Shown: in pieces, positions 19,231 through 27,717 of the stretch
How the letters are laid out: each line of letters starts with the position of its first letter
Numbering within the stretch: the stretch's first letter is position 1
NCBI GenBank assembly: GCA_965261975.1
Contig: CBDHEC010000010.1
Coordinates: 10,569 to 74,568, forward strand
Length of the DNA: 64,000 nt
DNA from: Alphaproteobacteria bacterium
Lineage (GTDB): Bacteria > Pseudomonadota > Alphaproteobacteria > UBA6615
Direction of reading: 5' to 3'
Position numbers and translations under genes: made by a program
The notes under the pieces: model-generated
Seen by the model: only the letters and a program-made list of their open reading frames with translations
The model's database searches: none
What the model was told of the DNA's origin: nothing

Positions 19231-19785
19231 TCAGAGTTTGGGTACCGTGATGCCGCGCTGATGCATGTATTTACCCTTGCGGTCCGCATAGGACACTTCC
19301 GGTTCACCCTCACCCTTGAGGAACAGGAACTGGCACGCACCCTCGTTGGCATAAATCTTCGCCGGCAGCGGTGTGGTGTTGGAAAACTCCAGGGTCACAT
19401 GACCCTCCCATTCCGGCTCCAGCGGCGTCACGTTCACGATAATGCCGCAGCGCGCATAGGTGGACTTGCCGAGGCAAATCACCAGGGTGTCGCGGGGAAT
19501 GCGGAAATACTCGACCGTGCGGGCCAGCGCGAAGGAGTTCGGCGGGATGATGCAGACATCGGTCTCACGGTCCACGAAGCTCTCTTCGTTGAAATTCTTC
19601 GGATCGACCGTGGCCGAATGAACGTTGGTGAAGATCTTGAACTCGCCCGACACACGCGCGTCATACCCGTAGGACGACAAGCCATAGGAAATGACCCCCT
19701 CGCGCGTCTGCGCATCGACGAACGGCTCAATCATGCCGCTTTCCTGAGACATCTGGCGGATCCAGCTATCGGGCATGATCGGCAT
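19231..19785 (-). CDS. dcd: dCTP deaminase
   Basis: Start at ATG 19785 ([22 protein letters not shown]); conserved dCTP deaminase/dUTPase-fold core ([23 protein letters not shown]). Confidence 0.9.
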   Translation of the reverse strand: MPIMPDSWIRQMSQESGMIEPFVDAQTREGVISYGLSSYGYDARVSGEFKIFTNVHSATVDPKNFNEESFVDRETDVCIIPPNSFALARTVEYFRIPRDTLVICLGKSTYARCGIIVNVTPLEPEWEGHVTLEFSNTTPLPAKIYANEGACQFLFLKGEGEPEVSYADRKGKYMHQRGITVPKL

Positions 19786-19925
19786 GCAATAAACCCCCAA
19801 GGACAAGCAACGGACTCGACGGCCACCCGCCAAGACCCGGTCTCGCCTTGTAACCGATGGCCGAAGGCCTCTCAAGCATGCCCGGTGGATAACAAATTCA
19901 CATTTAATTTCAGCATGTTACCAGT

Positions 19926-20093
19926 CTATTCGTCGTCGGGACCGGTTCCGGAGTCGGGTGTTAGCGAATTGCGCTCCCGGCGCTGGGCATTGCGCTTGCG
20001 CAGGTTCTCGCGCAACGCCGCCGCCTGACGGGCCTCGCGGGCGCGTTCGCTCTCGGTCTGTCCGGTCTTATTCGGGGTCTTCTTGTCGGTCAT
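19926..20093 (-). CDS. Unannotated small basic protein (about 55 aa), unknown function
   Basis: Minus-strand ATG..TAG: MTDKKTPNKTGQTESERAREARQAAALRENLRKRNAQRRERNSLTPDSGTGPDDE; genome-like GC3 codon usage; below the 60-aa cutoff of the ORF track; weak RBS. Confidence 0.4.
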   Translation of the reverse strand: MTDKKTPNKTGQTESERAREARQAAALRENLRKRNAQRRERNSLTPDSGTGPDDE

Positions 20094-20105
20094 TCGTCGG
20101 CGCGC

Positions 20106-20495
20106 CTATTTGCTGTGGGACGCGACGACTTCAATCTCGACCTTCCAGTTCGGCGCCGCCAGCGCCGGCACCATCACCAGGGTGGACGCCGCCGCATGGC
20201 CTTCCATCCAGCTGTCGCGAATATCGCGAAAGCCGCCGACGTCGCCCGCGTCTGTCAGATAGGCATTGAGGCGCACGAGATCGGACATCTGCATATCCAT
20301 GGCCGTAAGCGCAGCCTTGATATTGCGAAACACCTGATCGCACTGACCGGCGAAATCATCCGGGCAATTGCCTTCGGTATCGATGCCGACCTGGCCCGAG
20401 AGGAACACCAGCCGCGTGCCCTCGGGCACCTCGACGATGTGGCTGTAATTGCTCGCCGGTGCGGGCAACGTATCGGGGTTCACGAGATTGAGCAT
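20106..20495 (-). CDS. RidA/YjgF family (reactive intermediate deaminase) protein
   Basis: 129 aa from ATG 20495 (MLNLVNPDTLPAPASNYSHIVEV...); YjgF signature region. Confidence 0.8.
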   Translation of the reverse strand: MLNLVNPDTLPAPASNYSHIVEVPEGTRLVFLSGQVGIDTEGNCPDDFAGQCDQVFRNIKAALTAMDMQMSDLVRLNAYLTDAGDVGGFRDIRDSWMEGHAAASTLVMVPALAAPNWKVEIEVVASHSK

Positions 20496-20524
20496 GACGG
20501 CCCTCCGTTGGGTAAAAGGCGCAG

Positions 20525-21064
20525 TTACTCGGCCAGCGTGTCGAAGGCGGTCTTGGCCGCCTCCGGCGCGAGATCGAGTGCCGCGCAAATCTGATCGATG
20601 ATCTTGTGCTCGTCCGCACTGTCGCGCCCGTCGGCGAGGCTCATGGCGACGCTGATCCGCAGCAACAGGTCGGCCGCGCCCTCTTTCTTGGTGCCCGCCT
20701 TGATGGTCTTCAGCATCCGGTCGAGACCGGCATCGCCATCGTCCGCCAGCACCGCCACATGTTCATCGAACGCATCGACGACCTCATGGGGATCGAACAG
20801 GCGCAGCTCCGACAGGCTCTCGACCACGGCGTCGAGGCGCGCGCGCTCGGAAAAGCTCACCTCGCCATCCGACGTGGCAACCAGCGCGCAGGCGGCAGCA
20901 ACGGCCTCGAGAAAGGGCCGCTGGCGGTGGCGCTGAAGTTCCTTGCGAAAACGGTCGAACAAAGCGGTTGCCTCAATGGGATAGCAATCGGGCAGCGGCG
21001 GATTTTTGCACGCCACGTTTCGCGCGCCAACCATGGCCTTGCTGCGCGCGAATACCCGTGGCAT
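20525..21064 (-). CDS. TerB-like (tellurite-resistance TerB domain) protein
   Basis: Acidic helical protein with TerB-type pattern (ACALVATSDGEVSFSERARL ... ISVAMSLADGRDSADEHKIIDQI); start uncertain (M1 at 21064 or M11 at 21034), only 26-56 nt from tRNA-Thr on the other strand. Confidence 0.6.
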   Translation of the reverse strand: MPRVFARSKAMVGARNVACKNPPLPDCYPIEATALFDRFRKELQRHRQRPFLEAVAAACALVATSDGEVSFSERARLDAVVESLSELRLFDPHEVVDAFDEHVAVLADDGDAGLDRMLKTIKAGTKKEGAADLLLRISVAMSLADGRDSADEHKIIDQICAALDLAPEAAKTAFDTLAE

Positions 21065-21089
21065 AACCCGCGCGCTTTTCGAACATTGT

Positions 21090-21164
21090 GCCGCCGTAGC
21101 TCAGGGGTAGAGCGCACCATTGGTAATGGTGAGGTCGAGTGTTCAATTCACTCCGGCGGCACCA
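21090..21164 (+). tRNA. tRNA-Thr (anticodon GGU)
   Basis: 75 nt GCCGCCGTAGCTCAGGGGTAGAGCGCACCATTGGTAATGGTGAGGTCGAGTGTTCAATTCACTCCGGCGGCACCA; all four stems pair; anticodon loop TTGGTAA. Confidence 0.9.
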
Positions 21165-21181
21165 TCGAAACTCCCGCAAAC

Positions 21182-22912
21182 TCAGAAAATCTCCGGCTCC
21201 GGGATGAGCTCTCCGGCGTGCAGGAAGTCGAAGTCGCAGCCCCGGTTCGCCTGGGTGACATGTTCCGCATACATGGAGACGTAGCCGCGCTCGGGGATCC
21301 GCTTGCGCGGCGTCCAGTCGGCCCGGCGTTGGGCGAGTTCTTCGGCGCTCACATCCAGATCGATTTTGCGGCCTTCCACATCCAGCGTGATCATGTCGCC
21401 GTCGCGCACCAACGCCAGCGGCCCGCCCACATGGGCCTCCGGCGCGACATGCAACACGCAGGTCCCGTAGCTGGTGCCGGACATGCGGGCGTCCGAAATG
21501 CGCACCATGTCGCGCACGCCCGCCTCGAGCAGCTTCTTCGGGATCGGCAGCTGGCCCCATTCGGGCATGCCCGGCGCACCCACGGGGCCCGCGTTCTGGA
21601 GCACCAGTACCGAATCCGCCGTCACATCCAGGTCCGGATCATCGATGCGCGCGTCGAGATCGGCGCGGTCGACGAACACGACCGCGGGGCCGGTATGTTT
21701 CAGCAATGAGGGGTCCGCAGCGGTCTGTTTGATGACCGCGCCGTCGGGGGCGAGCGTGCCGGTCAGCACGACCGTCCCGCCGTCGGGCCCGAGCGGGTTG
21801 TCCCGGCGGCGGATGACGTCGTCATTGTGGAGCGGCGCCTCGGCCCAGGATTCACCAAGCGGCCGGCCCGAGACGGTGTTCGCGCTGCCATCAAGCAGGT
21901 CGCCCAGCTCACGCATCAAGGCACGCAGCCCGCCCGCATAATAGAAATCCTCCATCAGGTATTCGCCCGACGGACGGATGTTGGCAAGCCAGGGCGTGCG
22001 CCGGGAGATTTCATCGAAGCGCGACAGCGGGAGATCGACATGCGCGCGGCCCGCCATCGCGACCAGGTGGATGATCGCGTTCGTCGAGCCGCCGATGGCC
22101 ATGTCGACCGTGATCGCGTTGTCGAATGACGCCGCGGTGAGAATCTTGTCGGGCGTCAGGTCTTCCCAGACCATATCGACGATGCGCCGCCCGGTGGCGG
22201 CCGCCATCACGCCGTGATTCGAATCCGGCGCCGGGATCGACGATGCGCCCGGCAGGGTGAGGCCGAGCGCCTCGGTGATCGACATCATGGTGGCCGCGGT
22301 GCCCATGGTCATGCAGGTGCCCGACGAACGCGACGCGCCCGCCAGCACCTCGTCCACCACGGAGGCGTCCACGTTCCCGGCGCGATACTCGGCGTAATAT
22401 TTCCAGTGGTCGGTGCCGCTGCCCAGGGTCTCGCCGTTCCAGAAGCCGCGCAGCATCGTGCCCGCCGGCATATAGATCAGCGGCACACCGGCCGATACAG
22501 CCCCCATGATCAGCGCGGGCGTGGTCTTGTCGCAGCCGCCCATCAGCACCACGCCGTCGACGGGGTAGGAGCGGATGAGCTCTTCTGCCTCCATCGCCAG
22601 CAGGTTGCGATAGAGCATGGTGGTCGGCTTCATCAGGATCTCGCCCAGCGTAATCGCCGACATCTCGACGGGAAAACCGCCGGCCTGGAGCACCCCGCGC
22701 TTGATCTGCTCGGCGCGTTCGGGGAAATGGCCGTGACAGGTGTTGAGGTCGGACCAGGTGTTGACGATGCCGATGACCGGCTTGCCGTCGAAGTCATCCG
22801 GGCTGAAGCCCAGCTGGCGCAAACGCCCGCGATGGCTGAAGGCGCGCATGGTCTCGCCATCGAGCCAGCGCCGGCTGCGGAGTTGATCGGGAGTAATTCT
22901 GGTATCGGTCAT
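21182..22912 (-). CDS. IlvD/EDD family dehydratase (dihydroxy-acid or sugar-acid dehydratase)
   Basis: 576 aa; Fe-S cluster Cys ligands (CDKTTPA, CPGHCN-like region), MGTAATM and SGTS motifs typical of IlvD/EDD. Confidence 0.85.
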   Translation of the reverse strand: MTDTRITPDQLRSRRWLDGETMRAFSHRGRLRQLGFSPDDFDGKPVIGIVNTWSDLNTCHGHFPERAEQIKRGVLQAGGFPVEMSAITLGEILMKPTTMLYRNLLAMEAEELIRSYPVDGVVLMGGCDKTTPALIMGAVSAGVPLIYMPAGTMLRGFWNGETLGSGTDHWKYYAEYRAGNVDASVVDEVLAGASRSSGTCMTMGTAATMMSITEALGLTLPGASSIPAPDSNHGVMAAATGRRIVDMVWEDLTPDKILTAASFDNAITVDMAIGGSTNAIIHLVAMAGRAHVDLPLSRFDEISRRTPWLANIRPSGEYLMEDFYYAGGLRALMRELGDLLDGSANTVSGRPLGESWAEAPLHNDDVIRRRDNPLGPDGGTVVLTGTLAPDGAVIKQTAADPSLLKHTGPAVVFVDRADLDARIDDPDLDVTADSVLVLQNAGPVGAPGMPEWGQLPIPKKLLEAGVRDMVRISDARMSGTSYGTCVLHVAPEAHVGGPLALVRDGDMITLDVEGRKIDLDVSAEELAQRRADWTPRKRIPERGYVSMYAEHVTQANRGCDFDFLHAGELIPEPEIF

Positions 22913-23008
22913 GACGAACCCGCGACGAACGGCCCGGTGCGGCCGCCCCTATTCAGTAGCAAAAGCGAATTCGCGAGTCCCCGCGAAAGGTGAAAGTGCC
23001 GCCGGCGC

Positions 23009-23488
23009 TCAACCGGCCAGCCAGAGCCGGACCTCCGCCTCACGGCGGCGAACCAGCCCGGCCAGCATGCGACCCCGCGCGAATACCCAGCGGCGGAACT
23101 GGTCCGGCGCATTCCCATATTCGCCCCTGTTAATGACCCTGCGCAGGGTCGACGCCATGAGGTTGCCCGAACCGCAGTTGAAGGCGAAATCGATCAACGC
23201 GGCTTCCTGTTCCACGGAAAGCGGCACGTCGATCAAACGGTCAACCGAGCCCGCCGCCCGGGACATATCTTTCATCAGCAATCGAAATGCCGCGTCCCGG
23301 TCGGACAACGGCGCCCATCGGGCCAAGTCCGCGTTCGGTTCACGAGACAGAAGATGCCCATAGCCAATGGTCGGGTAGCCAACCGGGTCATGATAGGGCT
23401 CGAGCGAAAGACCCTCGAAACTCTCGGCCAGAAATGCGGCCTCCGCGAGGGCGGGGTGGCTCCCGGCATCTCTGGGACCATCGGTCAT
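23009..23488 (-). CDS. Phage-type lysozyme (glycoside hydrolase family 24 endolysin-like)
   Basis: 159 aa; EGLSLEPYHDPVGYPTIGYGH catalytic-Glu block and downstream D/T region of T4/lambda-type lysozymes; start overlaps upstream membrane-protein gene (ATGA). Confidence 0.85.
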   Translation of the reverse strand: MTDGPRDAGSHPALAEAAFLAESFEGLSLEPYHDPVGYPTIGYGHLLSREPNADLARWAPLSDRDAAFRLLMKDMSRAAGSVDRLIDVPLSVEQEAALIDFAFNCGSGNLMASTLRRVINRGEYGNAPDQFRRWVFARGRMLAGLVRRREAEVRLWLAG

Positions 23489-24027
23489 ACGCTGTTGTTC
23501 GCCCGCCGGCGGACCCGGTCACCGAACCAGAAGCCAAGAATGACGAATAAAATATCTTGGTCGAACGCGGTGTAAAAACCGTTCGTCGTGAACACTTCCA
23601 ACGCCCGGGCCGTGAGCGAATTTGCCGTGTCCTTCGTCCCGAAAATCAGCTGGAACTGTCCCGCCTTGTGCAGCCCGTAGAGACCAAACACCCAATATGA
23701 AACGGTCGGCCGTACCGCCGAGATCAACCAGTCCAGTGCGGCAAACGACATGAATGCCAGGTTGAATGACCAGCGCCAGACATGATCCTGGTTCGCCGCC
23801 GCTTCGAGCAGTTTCACGCCATAGGATTGCCGCGATCGTCGCGCGGAACGCCGGTCAGCGAGCGCGAACTCGACCTCGAGCTGTTCGAGGCGATAGGCGT
23901 GATTCTTTTCTGCCAGCTCTGCCTGCAGGCGCAGCATCTGCGTTTCCTGCCTATGGTCGATCCACTGTTTTCCGATACCGAACAGGTCCGGCACGAAAGG
24001 CGCGAGAAATCCCAAGATGGCGAGCAT
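23485..24027 (-). CDS. Membrane protein with 3-4 TM helices and a central charged helix (candidate holin-like partner of the lysozyme)
   Basis: Start moved to ATG 24027 (MLAILGFLAPF...) with RBS GGGAGGATAAAA; TM segments at N-terminus and C-terminal half; no family recognized. Confidence 0.55.
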   Translation of the reverse strand: MLAILGFLAPFVPDLFGIGKQWIDHRQETQMLRLQAELAEKNHAYRLEQLEVEFALADRRSARRSRQSYGVKLLEAAANQDHVWRWSFNLAFMSFAALDWLISAVRPTVSYWVFGLYGLHKAGQFQLIFGTKDTANSLTARALEVFTTNGFYTAFDQDILFVILGFWFGDRVRRRANNSV

Positions 24028-24277
24028 TTTTATCCTCCCGACGTCGTGCGCAGTCGCACGCATCGGGCGGTGTGCACGGCGCGTTCATCGATGATGGGAA
24101 CAAAAACAGGAGGAAAGTATTCGAACCGGATATGTGGGTAAAACTTGAAGTGCAGCCGGACCGATCGAACGCCGTGCCCGCTCAATCTTTGGCCAAGTTT
24201 GACATGTCCCTCTCCGACCAAACATCGTACAACCGGCTTGCTTCCTTCAGCCCGCCTTAACCCTTTCCCCTGGGCCC

Positions 24278-25585
24278 ATGTCCACCAGCGAAACCCCACC
24301 ACCGCGCAGCGAACTTGCCGGCGCACGCGCGTTTCGGCACCGCGATTTCCGATACTTCTGGGCCACCCGCGTTGCGGGCATCCTGGCGACGGAAATGCTA
24401 GTGACCACCGTGGGCTGGCAGGTCTATCGCCTGACATCGAGCGAGCTCAATCTCGGCCTGATCGGGTTCGCCCAATTCGCGCCCTTCGCGCTTCTGTTCC
24501 TGGTTTCCGGCGTGGCCGCCGACCGCCTGCCACGCATGCGCATCATCTTCGGTTGCGTGGCCCTGCAGACGGTGTGTGCAGCTGCCCTGCTGTGGGGGAC
24601 ATGGTCCGGGGCCATCGACTTTCGAATAATTCTCGCGATTCTGGTGCTGTTCGGCGTGGCGCGCGCTTTCCAGGCGCCGGCACAGATGGCGATCGTGCCG
24701 AACCTGGTGCCCAAGGACGACCTCGCCAACGCCATCGCCTGGTCGGCCACCGGCTTCCAGATGGCGCGTATTATCGGCCCGACGATTTCGGGTCTGCTCA
24801 TCGCCTTTGGGGCCGCGCGCGGTCAGGACGAGTTCTTCGTCTATGTGCTTTCGGTTTCGGTGTTCGTGCTGGCGACCATCCTCGCGGGCATGGTCCGCAA
24901 GCCGGTGCAGATCGTCAGCTCCGCGCCCATCACCATCGCCAACATCCTCGGCGGGTTCAAATTCATCGCCTCGCGGCAGGTGATCTTCGGGGCCATCGGC
25001 CTCGACCTGTTCGCGGTGCTGTTCGGTGGCGCCATCGCCCTGTTGCCGGTCTATGCCAAGGATATCCTCGATGTGGGGGCCGACGGGTTCGGGCTGCTCC
25101 GTTCGGCCTTCACGCTGGGATCGTTCATCGGCGCGCTGTACATGACCCAGCACCCGGTGACCCGACGCGCCGGCGTGAAGCTATTGTCGGCCGTGGGCGT
25201 GTTCGGGCTCGGCGTCATCGTGTTCGGCGTGTCGGAGATCTTCTGGCTCTCGGCCGTGGCGCTGATCGTGATGGGCCTCGCGGATTCCGTCAGCGTGTTC
25301 GTGCGCCAGAACCTGGTGCAGATCATCACACCCGACGAGATGCGCGGCCGGGTCAGCGCCGTGACGGCCGTCTTCATCGGCGCATCGAACGAGTTGGGCG
25401 AATTTGAATCCGGCGTGACGGCCCACTGGTGGGGCACGGTACCCGCCGTCGTCGTCGGCGGCGCGGCGACGGTCACGGTCGCGGTCAGCTTCGCCTGGCT
25501 ATTCCCCAAGCTACGCCAGGTGGATTCACTGGAGCCCGACGAGCTGATCCGGAAGTATCGCGACGCGCCACCGCGGCGGGGCTAA
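24278..25585 (+). CDS. MFS transporter
   Basis: 435 aa, 12 predicted TM helices, MFS loop motif region (GVAADRLPRMRII). Confidence 0.8.
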   Translation: MSTSETPPPRSELAGARAFRHRDFRYFWATRVAGILATEMLVTTVGWQVYRLTSSELNLGLIGFAQFAPFALLFLVSGVAADRLPRMRIIFGCVALQTVCAAALLWGTWSGAIDFRIILAILVLFGVARAFQAPAQMAIVPNLVPKDDLANAIAWSATGFQMARIIGPTISGLLIAFGAARGQDEFFVYVLSVSVFVLATILAGMVRKPVQIVSSAPITIANILGGFKFIASRQVIFGAIGLDLFAVLFGGAIALLPVYAKDILDVGADGFGLLRSAFTLGSFIGALYMTQHPVTRRAGVKLLSAVGVFGLGVIVFGVSEIFWLSAVALIVMGLADSVSVFVRQNLVQIITPDEMRGRVSAVTAVFIGASNELGEFESGVTAHWWGTVPAVVVGGAATVTVAVSFAWLFPKLRQVDSLEPDELIRKYRDAPPRRG

Positions 25586-25594
25586 CCGAGCGGG

Positions 25595-26020
25595 CTAATC
25601 GATCACCGCGATCGCGTTGACCTCGAGGATGCAGCGCGGGTCGGTTGCGAGGCGCACGATCTGAACGGTCGTCGTCGCCGGCTTGGCATCCACGAAATAC
25701 TCGGCCCAGACCTTGTTGAGGATATCCTGGTCCTCCATGTCGGTCAGGAAACGGTCGGCGGTGACGATGTCGTCGAAGGTCGCGCCCACGGCATCGAGGC
25801 CCTTCTTCAGGTTTTCCAGCACCGCGCGGGCCTGCCCGTCCATGTCGTCGGGCATGTCGGCGAACTCTTCCGGCACATGGGGATGGCTGTGATAGACGGG
25901 CGCTGCCGTGACTCCGGCCAGATAAACCGTGGTGCCGCCGGTCACCTTGATCGCCGGCGCATAGGGCATCCAGATGTCGGGGGCGTCGGGCCAGTGACAA
26001 TGTTCGATTTTCTTCGCCAT
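25595..26020 (-). CDS. RidA/YjgF family protein
   Basis: 141 aa from ATG 26020 (MAKKIEHCHWPD...) with RBS GGGAGGAAAGC; YjgF-like C-terminal block (VQIVRLATDPRCILEVNAIAV). Confidence 0.75.
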   Translation of the reverse strand: MAKKIEHCHWPDAPDIWMPYAPAIKVTGGTTVYLAGVTAAPVYHSHPHVPEEFADMPDDMDGQARAVLENLKKGLDAVGATFDDIVTADRFLTDMEDQDILNKVWAEYFVDAKPATTTVQIVRLATDPRCILEVNAIAVID

Positions 26021-26157
26021 GCTTTCCTCCCAGAATGTGAGACCGCCTGCGCGCATCTGTTTTGCGGATCGCGAACCGATCTTTAGGCTGCCATGTTACG
26101 CAACTGACCACCGGTGTGGATAGCCGTTTCAACCTGACGTCATTTTGGACCCCGCCG

Positions 26158-27675
26158 ATGCTTCCCATCGACACACTCTACCGCGGCCGCCAGATCAACC
26201 CCGACGGGATCGCGCTCGAGGACGACACGACCCAGCTGACCTACCGCGAGCTGGTCGCGCGGGTCGAGGCGCTCGCCGCCGCGTTGCAGGAACGCCTGCC
26301 GACGCCACAGGCCAAGGTCGGCGCGTGCGGGTTCAACAACCTGCAGCATGTGATCGCAATCCTCGCGACCCACCTGGCGGGTCATATCTGGGTGGCCGTG
26401 AACCCGCGCTCGGGCAAGACGGAGAACACCGCCCTCATGGATCTCGTCGAGCCGGACCTGATGATCGCCGACGACGCCGCACGCGACGCGTTCGACATTG
26501 GAGATACGCCATTCGTCGTCGCCGAGCCGGACGGCCGGTCGCATGCCAACGACACCGTCGACGGGTTGATCGATGCGTATCGCGGCAAGCAGCCCGAACG
26601 CCATCTGCTCGACCCGAATACTGATCTGCAGGCAATCAAGTTCACCGGCGGCTCCACCGGCCTGCCCAAGGCGGTGATGCAACCCTACCGGACCGGCACC
26701 ACCCTGATCGGCACCGTCCTGTCGGTGTTCGGCCTGAACGCCGACGATATCCAGGTGGCTGCGGCGCCGGTCAGCCACGCCGCATTCATCCTGATGCTGC
26801 CGATCTTCGCCACGGGCGGGCGCAACATCGTCCTGCCGGCGCCGGACCCGGATCGCATCCTGCATTCCTTTGAACAGCGCGGGGTAAGCACCATCTTCAT
26901 GCCCCCGACCATGATCTACAAGACGATGGCCGACCCGGATATCGGGAAGCGGACATTTCCCAAGTTGCGCCACCTGATCTACGGCGCCGCCCCCATGCCG
27001 CCGGAAAAGGTGCGTGAGGCCCAGCAGGTTTTCCCCCACGCGCTCGAGACCCTGTACGGCCAGACCGAGGCCTCCTCGGTCTGCACCACCATGTCGGCCG
27101 CCGAGCTGGAGCAGGACGCCAACAACGGCTCGGTCGGCCGCGCCACGCCCCTGATGCGGGTCGAGATCATGGACCCCGATGGCAACATCCTGCCGCCCGG
27201 CGAAACCGGCGAGGTGGTCGTGCGCGGCGGCCTGACCATGACCGGCTACTACAAGAACCCCGAGGCGACCGAAAATGCCTTCCGCGACGGCTGGTTGCTG
27301 ACCGGCGACGGCGGCCTGATCGACGAGCGTGGCTACCTGTTCCTGAAGGACCGGCTGCGCGACGTCATCATCTCGGGCGGGTTCAACGTCTATCCAACGG
27401 ATGTCGAGGGTGCGCTGGTCAAACACCCCGATGTCTATGAATGCGTCGTGTTTGGTACGGCGGACGACCATTGGGGCGAACGGGTGGAAGCGGCCGTTCA
27501 ACTGCGCGACGGCGCGACGGCCAGCGCCGACGACATCATCACCCACGCCAAGGACCAGCTTGGCTCCGTGAAGGCGCCCAAGGCGGTGCATCTGGTCGAG
27601 GACCTGCCGCGCAGCGCCGTGGGCAAGGTGCTCCGCCGCGAAGTACGCGAACGTTTTTCACCGCCGCCCAACTAA
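26158..27675 (+). CDS. AMP-dependent synthetase/ligase (acyl/aryl-CoA ligase)
   Basis: AMP-binding motif FTGGSTGLPKAV, YGQTE, GEVVVRG...TGD; first ATG at 26158 (track ORF starts at TTG 26062). Confidence 0.85.
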   Translation: MLPIDTLYRGRQINPDGIALEDDTTQLTYRELVARVEALAAALQERLPTPQAKVGACGFNNLQHVIAILATHLAGHIWVAVNPRSGKTENTALMDLVEPDLMIADDAARDAFDIGDTPFVVAEPDGRSHANDTVDGLIDAYRGKQPERHLLDPNTDLQAIKFTGGSTGLPKAVMQPYRTGTTLIGTVLSVFGLNADDIQVAAAPVSHAAFILMLPIFATGGRNIVLPAPDPDRILHSFEQRGVSTIFMPPTMIYKTMADPDIGKRTFPKLRHLIYGAAPMPPEKVREAQQVFPHALETLYGQTEASSVCTTMSAAELEQDANNGSVGRATPLMRVEIMDPDGNILPPGETGEVVVRGGLTMTGYYKNPEATENAFRDGWLLTGDGGLIDERGYLFLKDRLRDVIISGGFNVYPTDVEGALVKHPDVYECVVFGTADDHWGERVEAAVQLRDGATASADDIITHAKDQLGSVKAPKAVHLVEDLPRSAVGKVLRREVRERFSPPPN

Positions 27676-27717
27676 ACGGGATTGGCGTCCGGCCACACTC
27701 ATCGTAGAAAAGCAGCC

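Noticed and set aside
24064-24277. Long-range imperfect inverted repeat GCACGGCGCGTTC ... GAACGCCGTGCC flanking about 85 nt upstream of the holin-like gene
   Set aside because: The arms are imperfect (one arm lacks two bases) and the intervening sequence has no further structure. It is more likely chance similarity in GC-rich DNA than a riboswitch or insertion scar.
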